IMG/VR virus record: IMGVR_UViG_3300015164_000001
Coordinates: 1-56,246 of that record
Strand: one strand, 5' to 3'
Source: a virus
Lineage: Duplodnaviria > Caudoviricetes
Length of the DNA: 56,246 nucleotides
Shown: in pieces, positions 7,971-18,243 of the stretch
How positions within the stretch are numbered: position 1 is the stretch's first letter
Layout: each line of letters starts with the position of its first letter
Notes under the pieces: generated by a model
The model's database searches: none
Seen by the model: the letters and a program-made list of their open reading frames with translations, nothing else
Told to the model about the DNA's origin: nothing
Position numbers and translations under genes: made by a program

Positions 7971-9851
7971 ATGGACCGCATCACCGACCTGTTCTACGTA
8001 GTCCTCGAAGTCCTCGGCCGCCAGATCGCCCTATTCTCCGACGGCACCATCCTCCCGATGGTCCGCGGTGCCGAGGGCGAGACCGACGCCATCGCGGTCC
8101 CCGACGACCTCGGCGAGATGGACGAAGCCACGGCGCGCGACCTGCATACCAAGCTCGAGGAGCAGTTCCAAGCCAAGCGCAAGGACGCCGCCACCAAGGA
8201 GCAGGTCGAGGAACTTCGCCAGATCCGCGCCACCCAGGCCCGTCTCGCCGAGCGCGTGACGGCCATCGGCGCCGAGCAGGCCGAGATCGCCCAGGGCCTC
8301 TCGGAGATCGACGCACCATCCACCCTGCCCGAGATCACCGCCCCCGCGGCAGAGACCACGCCCGCAGGTGAGAACGGCACCGGCAACACCCCCGTTGCCA
8401 CGACTGTCCCGGCCGCGCCGGCCCAGGCGGCGAGCACGACTGCTCCGGTCACCGCCGGCATCGGCGTCCCGAACATCGGCGGCACCCAGTCCCCGGCCGT
8501 GCAGACCGCCGCGGCCACCGCTGCTCGGCCCCGCGTGTCCTACGTGGCCGCCGCCGGCCAGACCGACATCCAGGCGAACGCTCCCGTCGACTTCGAGCAG
8601 ATCGGCCTCATGATCGACCAGGCCAAGGGCCTCGACGGCTCCGCCGGCCCGGTCATGGCCCATGTCGCCAGCCTCCCCGGCTTCATGACGAACCCGGACT
8701 TCGCCGCGCTCGGCCTCTCCCGCGATGACGGGATAACCGCTACGGACCGCAAGATTGCTGACGCGGTCCTCGACTGGAAGATACGCACCGGCCGCGCCAA
8801 GCCATCCCAACTCGCGCAGGCCGGTCGCACCGCCGCCATCTGCGACCCGCTCGACATCATCCGCGAGATCCCCAACTGCGCGATGCAGGATGACCCGCTC
8901 GGCGACTCGCTCCCCCAGCGCCCCGCCGGCCGCCTCGGCTTCCAATTTACCCAGGCCATCTCGATCTCGGCTGTGTCCGCCGGCGCGACTGCGGGCTGGG
9001 GCGACACGCTCCAGTCCTTCGTCGACCCGGCGACCGTCTCGACGTGGAAGCCCTGCGTGGACATCGCGTGCCCGACGCCGCAGTCCATCCGCGCCGATGA
9101 GGTCGTGGCCTGCGCCCGCTTCGACGTGACCACGGAGATGTCCAACCCCGAGCGGGTGCAGGACGTGCTCGCCAAGCTGGCCGCCCTCCGGGTCCGCCTC
9201 CGCACGCAGAACCTCTTGCAGAAGATGGACGCCCTGTCGAGCCGCTACACCTTCGACACCGCCTTTGCCTATGGCGCCTTCCCCGGCATGGTGGAAGCAT
9301 CGATGTCGGTCATTGCCCGGGCCATCTACGCCGAGCGGCTCGATCCGGGCGACTATCAGTGCTATCTCCCGCCCGGGCTCCTGGAGACGATCGCCACCGA
9401 CCTCGCGGGTCGCGCCTTCAACACCGACGATCCCGCCGGCGAGCAGGAAGCACTCGAAGACGTGCGCAAGGAGGTCGAGAACGCCATCGGCATGAAGACC
9501 ATCCGCCTGTGGGACGTGGTGGCCGACTCCGGCGCGACGACCTCGCCGTTCGCCGCGCTCAACCCCCCGGGCTCCGGTGCCATCGCGCTGCCGTCCCTCG
9601 GTGGGGACGTGGCGAACCAGATCTTCCAGGTCCGCTTCATCGCCCCGGAGGCTGCGCTCTTCTTCTCCACCGGCGAGGAAAAGACGGGCTTGGAGTCGAG
9701 CCCCGAGCTCATGCGGCAGAACAAAGTCCAATTTTTCAGCCGCGAATGGGTAGGCTTGGCGAAGCACGGATGTCATCCGTGGTTCACCGTTGCGATGGAG
9801 CTGGACGGCAACGGCGCCCGGACCGGATTCAACACGCCGATCGTCGTATAG
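7971..9851 (+). CDS. Major capsid (hexamer) protein with N-terminal scaffold-like region
   Basis: 626 aa; coiled-coil and Ala/Pro N-terminus; AAICDP, D.LP...A.R.G, KPCVDIACP, NPE, F..E...LAKHGC as in cluster-B-like actinophage capsids. Confidence 0.75.
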   Translation: MDRITDLFYVVLEVLGRQIALFSDGTILPMVRGAEGETDAIAVPDDLGEMDEATARDLHTKLEEQFQAKRKDAATKEQVEELRQIRATQARLAERVTAIGAEQAEIAQGLSEIDAPSTLPEITAPAAETTPAGENGTGNTPVATTVPAAPAQAASTTAPVTAGIGVPNIGGTQSPAVQTAAATAARPRVSYVAAAGQTDIQANAPVDFEQIGLMIDQAKGLDGSAGPVMAHVASLPGFMTNPDFAALGLSRDDGITATDRKIADAVLDWKIRTGRAKPSQLAQAGRTAAICDPLDIIREIPNCAMQDDPLGDSLPQRPAGRLGFQFTQAISISAVSAGATAGWGDTLQSFVDPATVSTWKPCVDIACPTPQSIRADEVVACARFDVTTEMSNPERVQDVLAKLAALRVRLRTQNLLQKMDALSSRYTFDTAFAYGAFPGMVEASMSVIARAIYAERLDPGDYQCYLPPGLLETIATDLAGRAFNTDDPAGEQEALEDVRKEVENAIGMKTIRLWDVVADSGATTSPFAALNPPGSGAIALPSLGGDVANQIFQVRFIAPEAALFFSTGEEKTGLESSPELMRQNKVQFFSREWVGLAKHGCHPWFTVAMELDGNGARTGFNTPIVV

Positions 9852-9865
9852 GCCCTCTGGATGAT

Positions 9866-9897
9866 GAGCGGATCGGGCCCGGCCTCCCGATCCGCTC
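9866..9897 (+). terminator. 12-bp hairpin between the two capsid genes
   Basis: GAGCGGATCGGG-8 nt loop-CCCGATCCGCTC. Confidence 0.6.
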
Positions 9898-9914
9898 TCA
9901 ATCCCTGAGAGGGG

Positions 9915-10877
9915 GTGGCCGACATTCCAGGAAATCCTGTCGAAGGTATCCGACCAGTAGCGCCGCGCCCCTCGCTCATCACGAGCTGCCGCAAGCTCTC
10001 CGACGCGGGTATCGATTACAAGCCCACGCTCGACGAGTACGGCATCCCGTCATCGCCGGGTTGGCAGCAGGGGATCACCTTCCGCGATACCTCGCTGATG
10101 GCCTCGGGCATCTGGCCCTATTCGCCGGGAAATGCCCACGCGGACAAGGTGGCGGCCGTACAGGCCACGGTGGCGGTGTTCATGCCATTCCAGATCTACC
10201 TGCCGGTGGCCTGTGATGACCTGACCTTCGCCCGCGACGCGGCACTCGTGGCCGAGGCGGAGAGCAACGCCGAAGCGGGGACGGCGTGGAACCTCGCCCG
10301 TGAACTGTGGACGGGCGCCACGGTCAACTCCGTGGTGGTCAACAATCCCTCGCTGCAGAACCCCTTCCCCGGCCCCGTAGGCGGTCCGGTGGGAGCGTTC
10401 CCGGCCGCCAACGTCATCGCCGGGCCTATCGACCCCGTAGTGGCCATGGGCAACCTCCTACAGGCATACGAGGACGCGACACAGCAGGGCGGGGCGATGT
10501 TCCATGTCCCCGCGATCGCGATTCCGTACCTGATGGCCGAGAAGGTCGTCGGCCAGGAGGGCGACCTCTACCGCGGCCCCGGCGGCTCGATCGTCGTGCC
10601 CGGTCCGGGCTACCCGACCACGGGCCCCACCGGCCCCAAGACGGCCGCGACGCCGACCGGAGTGGTCGCGGGGGCCAACCAGGCCTGGATGTACGTGACC
10701 GGCCCGGTCGAATACGACCTGACGCCGATCGTCATTCGCCCCGAGGCGCAGGAGATGCGGTTCTTCGATCCCCGCACGAACCTCTGGCGGGTGTGGGCCG
10801 AGCGCCAAGCCATCTACCGCTTCGATCCGACCAGTGTCTTCGCCGAGCTGATCACAGTTCCGCAGACGGGGATCTAG
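9915..10877 (+). CDS. Capsid pentamer/minor capsid protein
   Basis: W..GI.F, PF.IY...C, G..H, VPGPGYP, WMYVTGPV, N....AER motifs; follows the major capsid gene. Confidence 0.7.
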   Translation: MADIPGNPVEGIRPVAPRPSLITSCRKLSDAGIDYKPTLDEYGIPSSPGWQQGITFRDTSLMASGIWPYSPGNAHADKVAAVQATVAVFMPFQIYLPVACDDLTFARDAALVAEAESNAEAGTAWNLARELWTGATVNSVVVNNPSLQNPFPGPVGGPVGAFPAANVIAGPIDPVVAMGNLLQAYEDATQQGGAMFHVPAIAIPYLMAEKVVGQEGDLYRGPGGSIVVPGPGYPTTGPTGPKTAATPTGVVAGANQAWMYVTGPVEYDLTPIVIRPEAQEMRFFDPRTNLWRVWAERQAIYRFDPTSVFAELITVPQTGI

Positions 10878-11072
10878 GTGCGTGCGATGCCATTGGCAAG
10901 ATCTGCGGCCGAGCCTTTGAGGCGATGCAGTCCCGCCCGTGCGGCAGGAACCGATGGCGCCACCGCAGTGGGCCGACCGTCCACCCACCACGCCCTACCC
11001 GATGCCCGGCCAGGCCCCGCCGCCCGAACGACCGCAACCACCCGAACACGAACGACCCGAGGGAGCTAACCC

Positions 11073-11744
11073 ATGCAAGTCGACTGCCCGGTATCCATCC
11101 AAGCGTGCCGACTGCGCGTGGCACGCCTCGATCCGACCACTCGCGCGCCCGTGTCGGGCGCGACCTCGGGCTACGTCACCAACGCGTTCACCGAGGTCCG
11201 GTTCGCGCCCGAGCTGGAGACCGGCACGGTCATCGAGGTCAAGTCGGGCTGCGGCGACCTGCACAACCCCTACCGCGATCCCGACACCATCAAGCGCCTG
11301 GCGATCACAGTCATCCTCGAAGCGCCCGACCCCGAACTGCACGAGTTGTTCACCGGCTCGGGCCTGGTCACGGCGACGGGTAATACCATCGGCATGACGG
11401 GCCAGCGATTCGGCTCCCAACCCAACCACGTCTCCCTCGAAGTGTGGTCCAAGGCTGTCGTCAACGGGACGCAGGACTCGACCCTCATCGGCCTCACGCC
11501 ACTGCCGTGGCTGCACTGGGCCTTCACCGATGTGCAGTTGCAGATGGGGGAGAAGCTGCTCGACAACGGCCAGGTCCTCAACTCCTTCACGGGGTTCGGC
11601 GTCGAGAACCCTGCATGGGACGACGGGCCCTTCGGCGACTGGCCCGCGAGTGCATCTCCGCTGCTCGCATCGTGGGGCGTGTTCCGCGATGCGAACATCC
11701 CGGCGAGTGCATGTGGGTACCAAAACGTGCCTGTGTTCGTTTAG
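11073..11744 (+). CDS. Major tail (tube) protein
   Basis: RVARLD, K.GCG, PDPEL, SLEVWSKA, N..W..GPF motifs. Confidence 0.75.
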   Translation: MQVDCPVSIQACRLRVARLDPTTRAPVSGATSGYVTNAFTEVRFAPELETGTVIEVKSGCGDLHNPYRDPDTIKRLAITVILEAPDPELHELFTGSGLVTATGNTIGMTGQRFGSQPNHVSLEVWSKAVVNGTQDSTLIGLTPLPWLHWAFTDVQLQMGEKLLDNGQVLNSFTGFGVENPAWDDGPFGDWPASASPLLASWGVFRDANIPASACGYQNVPVFV

Positions 11745-11756
11745 CCGCGGCCATCA

Positions 11757-12509
11757 ATGCAGACCGACTGCCCGGTGTCGATCCAGGCGTGCGCGCTGCG
11801 CGTCACGCGGCTTGATCCGATCACCCGGCGCCCGGTCGACGGCAGCGACGCGGCCTACATCACCAACGCGTTCACGGAGTTCCGCTTCAGCCCCGAGACC
11901 GACCCCGGAACGCTGATCGAGACGCGGACCTCCTGCGGCGACCTCCGGCGCTACCGCGATCCGGAGACGGTGAAGGGATTATCGGTAGCGCTCATCACCG
12001 AAGGCCCCGACCCCGAATTGCACGAGCTGCTGGTGGGCGCATCACTCATCGCGTCGGCCGGCGCGACCATCGGCATGAACGGCCAGCGCTTCGGTGCGGT
12101 GCCCAATCACGTCTCACTCGAAGTGTGGTCCAAGGCGGTCGTTGGGGGACGGCAGGCGAGCGTTCTGCCATGGCTCCATTGGGCGTTCCCTGACGTGGTG
12201 GTCCAGATCGGTGAGCGTCTCTTGGACAACGGGCAAGCATTACAGCCCTTCACCGGCTTCGCCATCGAGAATCCCCTCTGGGGCCAGGGTGCCTTCAACG
12301 ACTGGCCGCCAGGAGGGACGCCGCTGCTCTCGGCGTGGGGCGTCACGCGGTCGGCCACGCTACCCACGAGCACCTGCGGCTACGTCAGCGTGACGAACGC
12401 CTCGGGCCTCGACGGCGGCGTGGTGCCCGCGGCCTACATCCGCACCGTTGACGCCGGCGCGCCGACCACGACCACATTTGCTACGAAGTACGACGGAGGT
12501 TCGCCATGA
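11757..12509 (+). CDS. Second major tail protein paralog with C-terminal DGG extension
   Basis: Collinear with 11073..11744; extra tail LDGG...DAGAP...YDGGSP. Confidence 0.75.
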   Translation: MQTDCPVSIQACALRVTRLDPITRRPVDGSDAAYITNAFTEFRFSPETDPGTLIETRTSCGDLRRYRDPETVKGLSVALITEGPDPELHELLVGASLIASAGATIGMNGQRFGAVPNHVSLEVWSKAVVGGRQASVLPWLHWAFPDVVVQIGERLLDNGQALQPFTGFAIENPLWGQGAFNDWPPGGTPLLSAWGVTRSATLPTSTCGYVSVTNASGLDGGVVPAAYIRTVDAGAPTTTTFATKYDGGSP

Positions 12510-14074
12510 CGGCCGGCCCTGATCTGATCCAATTGCGACGAGGGACCAACGCTCAGTGGGCGGCGGCGAATCCCGTGCTCGCCGCGGGGGAGAAGGGGGT
12601 CACTCTCGACGCGCCGCTGATCGAGAAGACCGGCGATGGGGTGACCGCGTGGAGCGCGTTGCCGGTTACGGGAACGGCGACGTTTGAGGCAGGTATCGGG
12701 ACGGTCCTTTACGTTGATCCAGCGGGCAGCGATGCCAACTCGGGAAAGATTCAGGCGTTACCGAAGCAGACCATCGCAGCGGCTATCGCCGCCTTAGCGG
12801 GTGGGGTTGGAGAGATTCGCCTAACTCCCAACGCCAGTTTCACACCGGCAGCCGGGATCACCTTTGACGTGGCGAAGGTGCGGATCGTCGGAAAGAAGAA
12901 CGTCCTTGATTTCTCTGCCCTGGTGGAGGGGACGGCGGTAGCTCTCACAAGTTCTGCCAATGCTGGTGGCGCTTCCTACAACCTGCGGTCGGCTGGTCCG
13001 CCTCTACGGGGCGTGGAGATAATCGGCTCTAGCCGAACCAATGCAGTTACGGGCCTATCCGTTGCCGCTGGTGCTGGCAACGAACTAGCCCACATCAAGG
13101 TCACCGACGATGTGGTCGTGCATGGATTCGGCACCGGGTTATCGCTCGGTTCCAACGCCCACAACCTTGAGTTCGGAATCAGTATCTACTCATGCGGTCA
13201 CGACATTGACGACGCGGCTGCCGTTGCCAACGCTGGCGAGCGGATCGTGTTTGTGGGTGGGGCGTTCTTCAACTCTCTGCTCGTCGGTTACTTCCGCAAC
13301 GGGTCGGCCGATTATGTCTTTCTCGGGTCGTCGTTTGACTACAACGTGGCCATATTCGATATCAATGGCCCGCCCGTCACTTGTTCGGGATGCCACACCG
13401 AAGGGAATGACGCCAACTACGGGGCTAACTACCCCTTCGTGATCGCAGGCACAGGCAGCCTCGCCTACGAGGGCGGCATTATCACCGGCCCCGTCAATAA
13501 CATTCCCGCCTATGTGAACTGCACGGGCGCGAGTGCTCGGGCCTCATTTGTAGACATTCGGCTAAATTGGGCCAACGCTTCGGCCGCACCGTTCTCTGTC
13601 GGAACGGGCGCTTGTATGAAGTCCACCGTTCAAACGCTTCGGCCTTTCGCTAAGAACACAGCGACAGCGGACACGGTGTTGCCGACAGCGGTGGTAACGA
13701 CTGTCGCCCTCGGCAACACGATCATCGACACCGAAAAGTTCTACGCAGCGGGTCAACCGAACCGACTCACGGCGCCCGCTCCAGGCTTCTACGAAGTGAA
13801 GCTCAGTTGCACCATGACCAACGCAGCAGGTGGCACCGTGCGTCAAATATGGGGCGCTATCAACGGGAGCGATGCGGCAAGGGTCGGGCAACTGCAAACC
13901 TTCCCGACAGCGGCTGGCGACTTCACCTACCGAGCGAGCGAGGTTGTGTACCTCAACACGGGGGACTATGTAGAACTTCACGTTTTTCACGACCAAGGCG
14001 GCAACCTTGCCGCCAAAGGGACTGGCGGCGGGGTCAACTGTCCTCCCGCTATCTCACTGTTGAGGGTTTCGTGA
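12506..14074 (+). CDS. Tail fibre/spike, putative beta-helical depolymerase
   Basis: N-terminal IQLRRGTNAQWAAANPVLAAGEKG module, LYVDPAGSDANSG, G/N/S-rich beta-helix-like body, C-terminal YLNTGDYVEL beta-sandwich. Confidence 0.7.
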   Translation: MTAGPDLIQLRRGTNAQWAAANPVLAAGEKGVTLDAPLIEKTGDGVTAWSALPVTGTATFEAGIGTVLYVDPAGSDANSGKIQALPKQTIAAAIAALAGGVGEIRLTPNASFTPAAGITFDVAKVRIVGKKNVLDFSALVEGTAVALTSSANAGGASYNLRSAGPPLRGVEIIGSSRTNAVTGLSVAAGAGNELAHIKVTDDVVVHGFGTGLSLGSNAHNLEFGISIYSCGHDIDDAAAVANAGERIVFVGGAFFNSLLVGYFRNGSADYVFLGSSFDYNVAIFDINGPPVTCSGCHTEGNDANYGANYPFVIAGTGSLAYEGGIITGPVNNIPAYVNCTGASARASFVDIRLNWANASAAPFSVGTGACMKSTVQTLRPFAKNTATADTVLPTAVVTTVALGNTIIDTEKFYAAGQPNRLTAPAPGFYEVKLSCTMTNAAGGTVRQIWGAINGSDAARVGQLQTFPTAAGDFTYRASEVVYLNTGDYVELHVFHDQGGNLAAKGTGGGVNCPPAISLLRVS

Positions 14075-14076
14075 CC

Positions 14077-14271
14077 ATGAATAAGCGAGACGCTCTGGCG
14101 AAGGCGATGGCTGAAGCGATCACATGGTCGTGCATCGACATTCAAAACGGCGATGTCGAGGGAACTTGGCTGATGACGTTGACGGAGTTGGCCCAGGAGA
14201 TGCTCGACACCTTCCACGAAAAGGTATGCGTGAAGGAAACGAAGTGTTGTTGCGGCAAGGCCGACGAATGA
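14077..14271 (+). CDS. Hypothetical protein
   Basis: Fills the gap after the fibre gene. Confidence 0.45.
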   Translation: MNKRDALAKAMAEAITWSCIDIQNGDVEGTWLMTLTELAQEMLDTFHEKVCVKETKCCCGKADE

Positions 14272-14404
14272 CTCGGCACAAACTGATGGTTCAGCCTGAC
14301 GCCGTTGTCACACCCCGCACGTACCTTCTGGTCGACAACTGAAACGGCCCCCGCCAGCGTTGGAGCGCTGACGAGGACCTCGACCACAGGAGAGTTGACC
14401 TCCA

Positions 14405-15346
14405 ATGGACCGTGCCTCTGACCGTACTGTCGCCCTCGTCCCGATCGTCGTATCCCCGGGCGAGCGACGTTCGTCGTCGTCGTATCAACTCGCCAAGCTC
14501 GGCTGGCTGAGCCAGTTCTCGGCCACCACCCGCGAGACGTATGAAGTCAAGATGCGGATCTGGGAACGCTGGTGCACGGCGCACGCCCTCGATCCGCTCG
14601 GCGCCACCCGCGCCGTCATCCAGACCTTCGGTGTCGACCTCGAGCAACGGGGCCTCATGCCGGCCACGCGCGCGAGCTATCTCTGCACCCTGAAGTCGTT
14701 CTATGGCTGGTGTGAGGAGGAGGAGGTCATCGACCGCAACCCGGCGAGTCGCGTTCGGCTACCGACGATCGAGGACCACGTCCAGCGCCCCTACCTCGAC
14801 CGGCCCGAAGCCGCCCGGTTCCTGGCCGCCGCCCAGGTGACTCGGATCGACCTGCGCCTGCGTGACCATGCCCTTGCTTGTATCCTCGTCCTGAATGGTT
14901 TGCGGGTGTCGGGGCTGTGCGACCTCAACATCGAGACAATGAACCACGAACGCGGCCACCAGACGATCGTCGTCACGACCAAGGGCAGCCGAATCCAGAC
15001 GATCCCGATGGCTCCAATGACGTACTGGGCGCTGATGGCCTACATCGGCGAACGCACGCACGGCCCGGTATTCCTCGGCGCCAACGGCAAACGCATCACC
15101 CGCGAGACGGTCCGTCACCGCGTGCAGGCGATCACGCGCAAGGCCGGCATCAACAAACGCCTATCGCCGCACTCTTGTCGGAGGTCGTTCGTGACCGGGG
15201 CCCTCGACGCCGGCGTGCCACTGCGCGATGTCCAGGCCGCGGCGATGCACAAATCGGCGGCGACCACGGAAACCTATGACCAAGGGCGCAAGTCGCTGGA
15301 TGCTCACCCGACCTACGTGCTCGGCGGTCACTTCTCCGGCGGCTGA
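14405..15346 (+). CDS. Tyrosine recombinase/integrase (XerD-like)
   Basis: GLRVS (R), KG, HSCRR (HxxR), H, ETY (Y); N-terminal SAM-like domain with LKSFY and NPA. Confidence 0.92.
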   Translation: MDRASDRTVALVPIVVSPGERRSSSSYQLAKLGWLSQFSATTRETYEVKMRIWERWCTAHALDPLGATRAVIQTFGVDLEQRGLMPATRASYLCTLKSFYGWCEEEEVIDRNPASRVRLPTIEDHVQRPYLDRPEAARFLAAAQVTRIDLRLRDHALACILVLNGLRVSGLCDLNIETMNHERGHQTIVVTTKGSRIQTIPMAPMTYWALMAYIGERTHGPVFLGANGKRITRETVRHRVQAITRKAGINKRLSPHSCRRSFVTGALDAGVPLRDVQAAAMHKSAATTETYDQGRKSLDAHPTYVLGGHFSGG

Positions 15347-15389
15347 TCCGCGCTCTACACTCTGAGCACCTGAAGGAAAGGTAATTCCC

Positions 15390-15995
15390 ATGGCCGCTCT
15401 GACCCCCGCTGACGGGAACAAGATCCTCGATGCCGAACTGCGCGCCGTCGCCTACACGGGGCCAGCATCGTTGTTCGCCGGGCTCCACATCGGGGACCCA
15501 GGAACGACGGGCGCGAATGAGATCACGGGGGGCTCCTACGTGCGCCAAGCGGTGGCATTCGGCGCTTCGGCCGGTGAAGCATCGGCATCGTCGAATGCCC
15601 AGACCTTCAACGGGATGCCCGCGACCCCGGTCACAACGCTCGCCGCGCCGGTGACCGCCATCGCGACAACGATCACCACGACGAGCGCGGTGGGCTTCCC
15701 CGTCGCCGGTCAGTACAAGATCATCGTCGACACCGGGGTGAACCTCGAAAAGATGCTCGTCACAGGCGGGTTCGGTACGACGACGCTGACCGTCACACGC
15801 GGCATCGACGGCACCGCAGCCGTTACGCACCTGCTCGGCGTAGCCGTGGCCGGGACGGTCTGCTTCCTGTCGCTGTGGGATGCGAACGCCGCGGGTGCGG
15901 TGCACTGGGCCGGACCGGCAACCCCGGCAACGGCATACGGCGCGGGAGACACGGCTTCTCTCCCCATTGGGGCTGTAGTAGCCACGATCGTCTAA
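15390..15995 (+). CDS. Virion structural protein
   Basis: GLHIGDPG..GANE..GGSY.RQ...F motif with an inserted TLT.TRG.DGT module; GGAAAGG SD. Confidence 0.7.
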   Translation: MAALTPADGNKILDAELRAVAYTGPASLFAGLHIGDPGTTGANEITGGSYVRQAVAFGASAGEASASSNAQTFNGMPATPVTTLAAPVTAIATTITTTSAVGFPVAGQYKIIVDTGVNLEKMLVTGGFGTTTLTVTRGIDGTAAVTHLLGVAVAGTVCFLSLWDANAAGAVHWAGPATPATAYGAGDTASLPIGAVVATIV

Positions 15996-16011
15996 GCGCG
16001 GCTGGCCCAAG

Positions 16012-17163
16012 ATGGCTACGTCATCGCTGAAGGTCACCACCGCTCTCGCAACGGTCGGTCTCGCCCGTCGCCCCGGATCCATGGCCTCGGTCGAGACGAT
16101 CACGACGACGCTGGCGGGGTCGAGTCTCGCCCGGATGCGCGCGCCACTGACCGCCTCGCCCGGGGCGCAGGTGACACTCAGCGCCGCCGGGCTGAAGCGC
16201 ACCCAGATTCTCGGTGCGCCGCCGTCCACCGTCACAGCGCTGTCCACCGCGGGCCTCACGCGGATCGTGGCTCCATTGACAGCGCAGTTGCACAGCGCGA
16301 TGCCTCTCGCCGGAGTGGGGCTGACACAGCGTCACATTGAGGCCGGCGCGCTGTCCACGACGACCGTTCTCCAGGCGGCTACCCTCCGACGAGTCGGGCC
16401 GCTCGCGTCCGCTCCGTTGGCGACCGTCACGAATCTCGCCGCAGTCGGGCTCGCGCACTCCGAGGCGCCCGAGAACGCGGCTCTCGGGATCACGACGGCA
16501 CTGAGTGCGATCGGGCTCGTCCGCATCGCCGCGCCTGAAGCATCGGCTCTCGCGGCTCAACCCCGGCTCGCGGCGCTCGGGCAGTTCCGCAGCCCCCCGC
16601 CGTTGTCTCCGGCACTGAAGACCACGATGGCGCTCGGCGGCGTTGGCATGACGCGCGGCCTGCAAAAGTCAGCCGCACTACCTGTCGCGCTGAACCTGGT
16701 CGCCACCGGCCTCGGGCGCGTCGTTGCTCCACTTACCGCATCGGTCCGCTCCACCATGACCCTGACGGCCACCGGCCTCTCGGACACACCGAGCACCAGT
16801 GGTGTGCTGCATATTTCCGCGCTCCTTACTGCGACGAGCCTTGCCCGACTTCCGGCCGCGGCCCTCGCCAGTCTCACGACCCATCTCTCACTAGCCACCA
16901 GCGGCCTGGTCCGGTCGCCACCGCCTTTGCACGTGCAGACGGCCTCCGTCGTTGCCCGACTGCAAATCACGGCTCACTTCTTCCACCGCGAGTGCGGCAC
17001 GCTGAGCGTCATCGAGACCAGCGGCACGGCTTCGGGCTCGCAACGGGTCGGTGCCGCGACCGCGGATCAGCGCTCGGGAGCCGTGACCACCGACGAGCGC
17101 TCAGGGGGAGTGGCCGTGCTCATGCGCTCGGGCGCGGTCACGGTAGTACCGTCGTGTCCGTGA
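16012..17163 (+). CDS. Repetitive A/T/S/L-rich virion fibre protein
   Basis: About 14 degenerate ~22-aa repeats of pattern T.L...GL.R. Confidence 0.65.
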   Translation: MATSSLKVTTALATVGLARRPGSMASVETITTTLAGSSLARMRAPLTASPGAQVTLSAAGLKRTQILGAPPSTVTALSTAGLTRIVAPLTAQLHSAMPLAGVGLTQRHIEAGALSTTTVLQAATLRRVGPLASAPLATVTNLAAVGLAHSEAPENAALGITTALSAIGLVRIAAPEASALAAQPRLAALGQFRSPPPLSPALKTTMALGGVGMTRGLQKSAALPVALNLVATGLGRVVAPLTASVRSTMTLTATGLSDTPSTSGVLHISALLTATSLARLPAAALASLTTHLSLATSGLVRSPPPLHVQTASVVARLQITAHFFHRECGTLSVIETSGTASGSQRVGAATADQRSGAVTTDERSGGVAVLMRSGAVTVVPSCP

Positions 17164-17441
17164 ACACGTGGGGTGCCGGAGCCACCGTCTGCATCGACTA
17201 TTCCGTGAAGGATTGCAATGGCGCCTTGACCAACCCCGTCAGCCAGACATTCACCATTCGCAAACCCGACGGGACCACGGCCGTCATCGTCCCAGTGAAC
17301 ACCGGGCTCGGCGCCTACTCGGCCCAGATCGAGACCGCGCCCGGTCAGGAAGGGCAGTGGTGGTGGAGTCTGGTCACCGAGGACCCGGACACGACCGACG
17401 ACGATTCATTCGTGGTAACGCGTCACGCGGCGATGGTCTGA
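17160..17441 (+). CDS. Small virion protein (Ig-like)
   Basis: FTIRKPDGT...G.Y...GQWWW motif. Confidence 0.6.
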   Translation: MNTWGAGATVCIDYSVKDCNGALTNPVSQTFTIRKPDGTTAVIVPVNTGLGAYSAQIETAPGQEGQWWWSLVTEDPDTTDDDSFVVTRHAAMV

Positions 17442-17442
17442 T

Positions 17443-18243
17443 ATGGCCGTCATCTTCGGCCCCGACCCGGTGCCCACGGACTGCGCGTCGTGGGTCAGAC
17501 CCGAGACTCTCGGGTTTCTCGAACTCGTGGACGATGTGGGCCACCATGTCGACCTCACCTTGGTGTGCTGTGCGGCGGCCAAGGTGCTGCATGAATTGAG
17601 CGGTCGTCAGTTCGGCATCGAGAAGGTCCTGGGCGCGCGCCCGGTCCGTATCAGTGACGGCTGCGGGTGCGGAGGCGTATACGCCGCGGGGTACTCGGGG
17701 TGGTTCGGCGGCGGGCTGTGGAACGGATGGATGGGCGGGGGCTGCGGATGCGGGGACGCGCGCGCCTTCGTGATACCGGGTCCGGTGGTGCGCTCCATCG
17801 ACGCCATCACCATCGACGGCGCGGTGCTCGCATCTTCGGCCTACGTCCTTTACCGCGACAATCTTCTCGAGCGGATCGACGGGCGATCATGGCCCTATTG
17901 CTGCCAAGTCTTGAGCACGCCCGCGGGTCAGCCAGGCTCGTGGTCGATCGACCTGACGTGGGGCGTCGACGTGCCCGCGGACGGGAAGGTCGCGGCGATC
18001 GAGCTCGCGGCCCACATCGCCAACGCGCTGACGGGCGGCGACTGCCAACTGAACGACCGCGTCACGCAGGTCATTCGCTCGGGCGTGTCGATGACCCTGC
18101 TCGACCCGGCGATGTTCCTCAACGGCGGCAAGACCGGGCTCTACCTCTGTGATCTGTTCCTGTCGGCGGAGAACCCCTACGGCCACCGCTCGCGGCCTTC
18201 CGTGAGCCATCCGCTGCTCAGCCGCCTCGCCGTCCCCCGGTGA
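17443..18243 (+). CDS. Head-to-tail adaptor
   Basis: LSGRQFG, L.R.DG..WP.CQ, C.L..RVT...R.GVS, TGL..CDLF....NP. Confidence 0.8.
   Translation: MAVIFGPDPVPTDCASWVRPETLGFLELVDDVGHHVDLTLVCCAAAKVLHELSGRQFGIEKVLGARPVRISDGCGCGGVYAAGYSGWFGGGLWNGWMGGGCGCGDARAFVIPGPVVRSIDAITIDGAVLASSAYVLYRDNLLERIDGRSWPYCCQVLSTPAGQPGSWSIDLTWGVDVPADGKVAAIELAAHIANALTGGDCQLNDRVTQVIRSGVSMTLLDPAMFLNGGKTGLYLCDLFLSAENPYGHRSRPSVSHPLLSRLAVPR

Noticed and set aside
8031-9776. Long minus-strand ORFs (also 6947..7984, 19554..20771, 25474..26640 and others)
   Set aside because: Antisense shadows of GC-rich + strand genes with no recognisable motifs
10878-11069. Gene between capsid pentamer and tail tube genes
   Set aside because: No frame has a convincing start signal or protein-like composition; left uncalled
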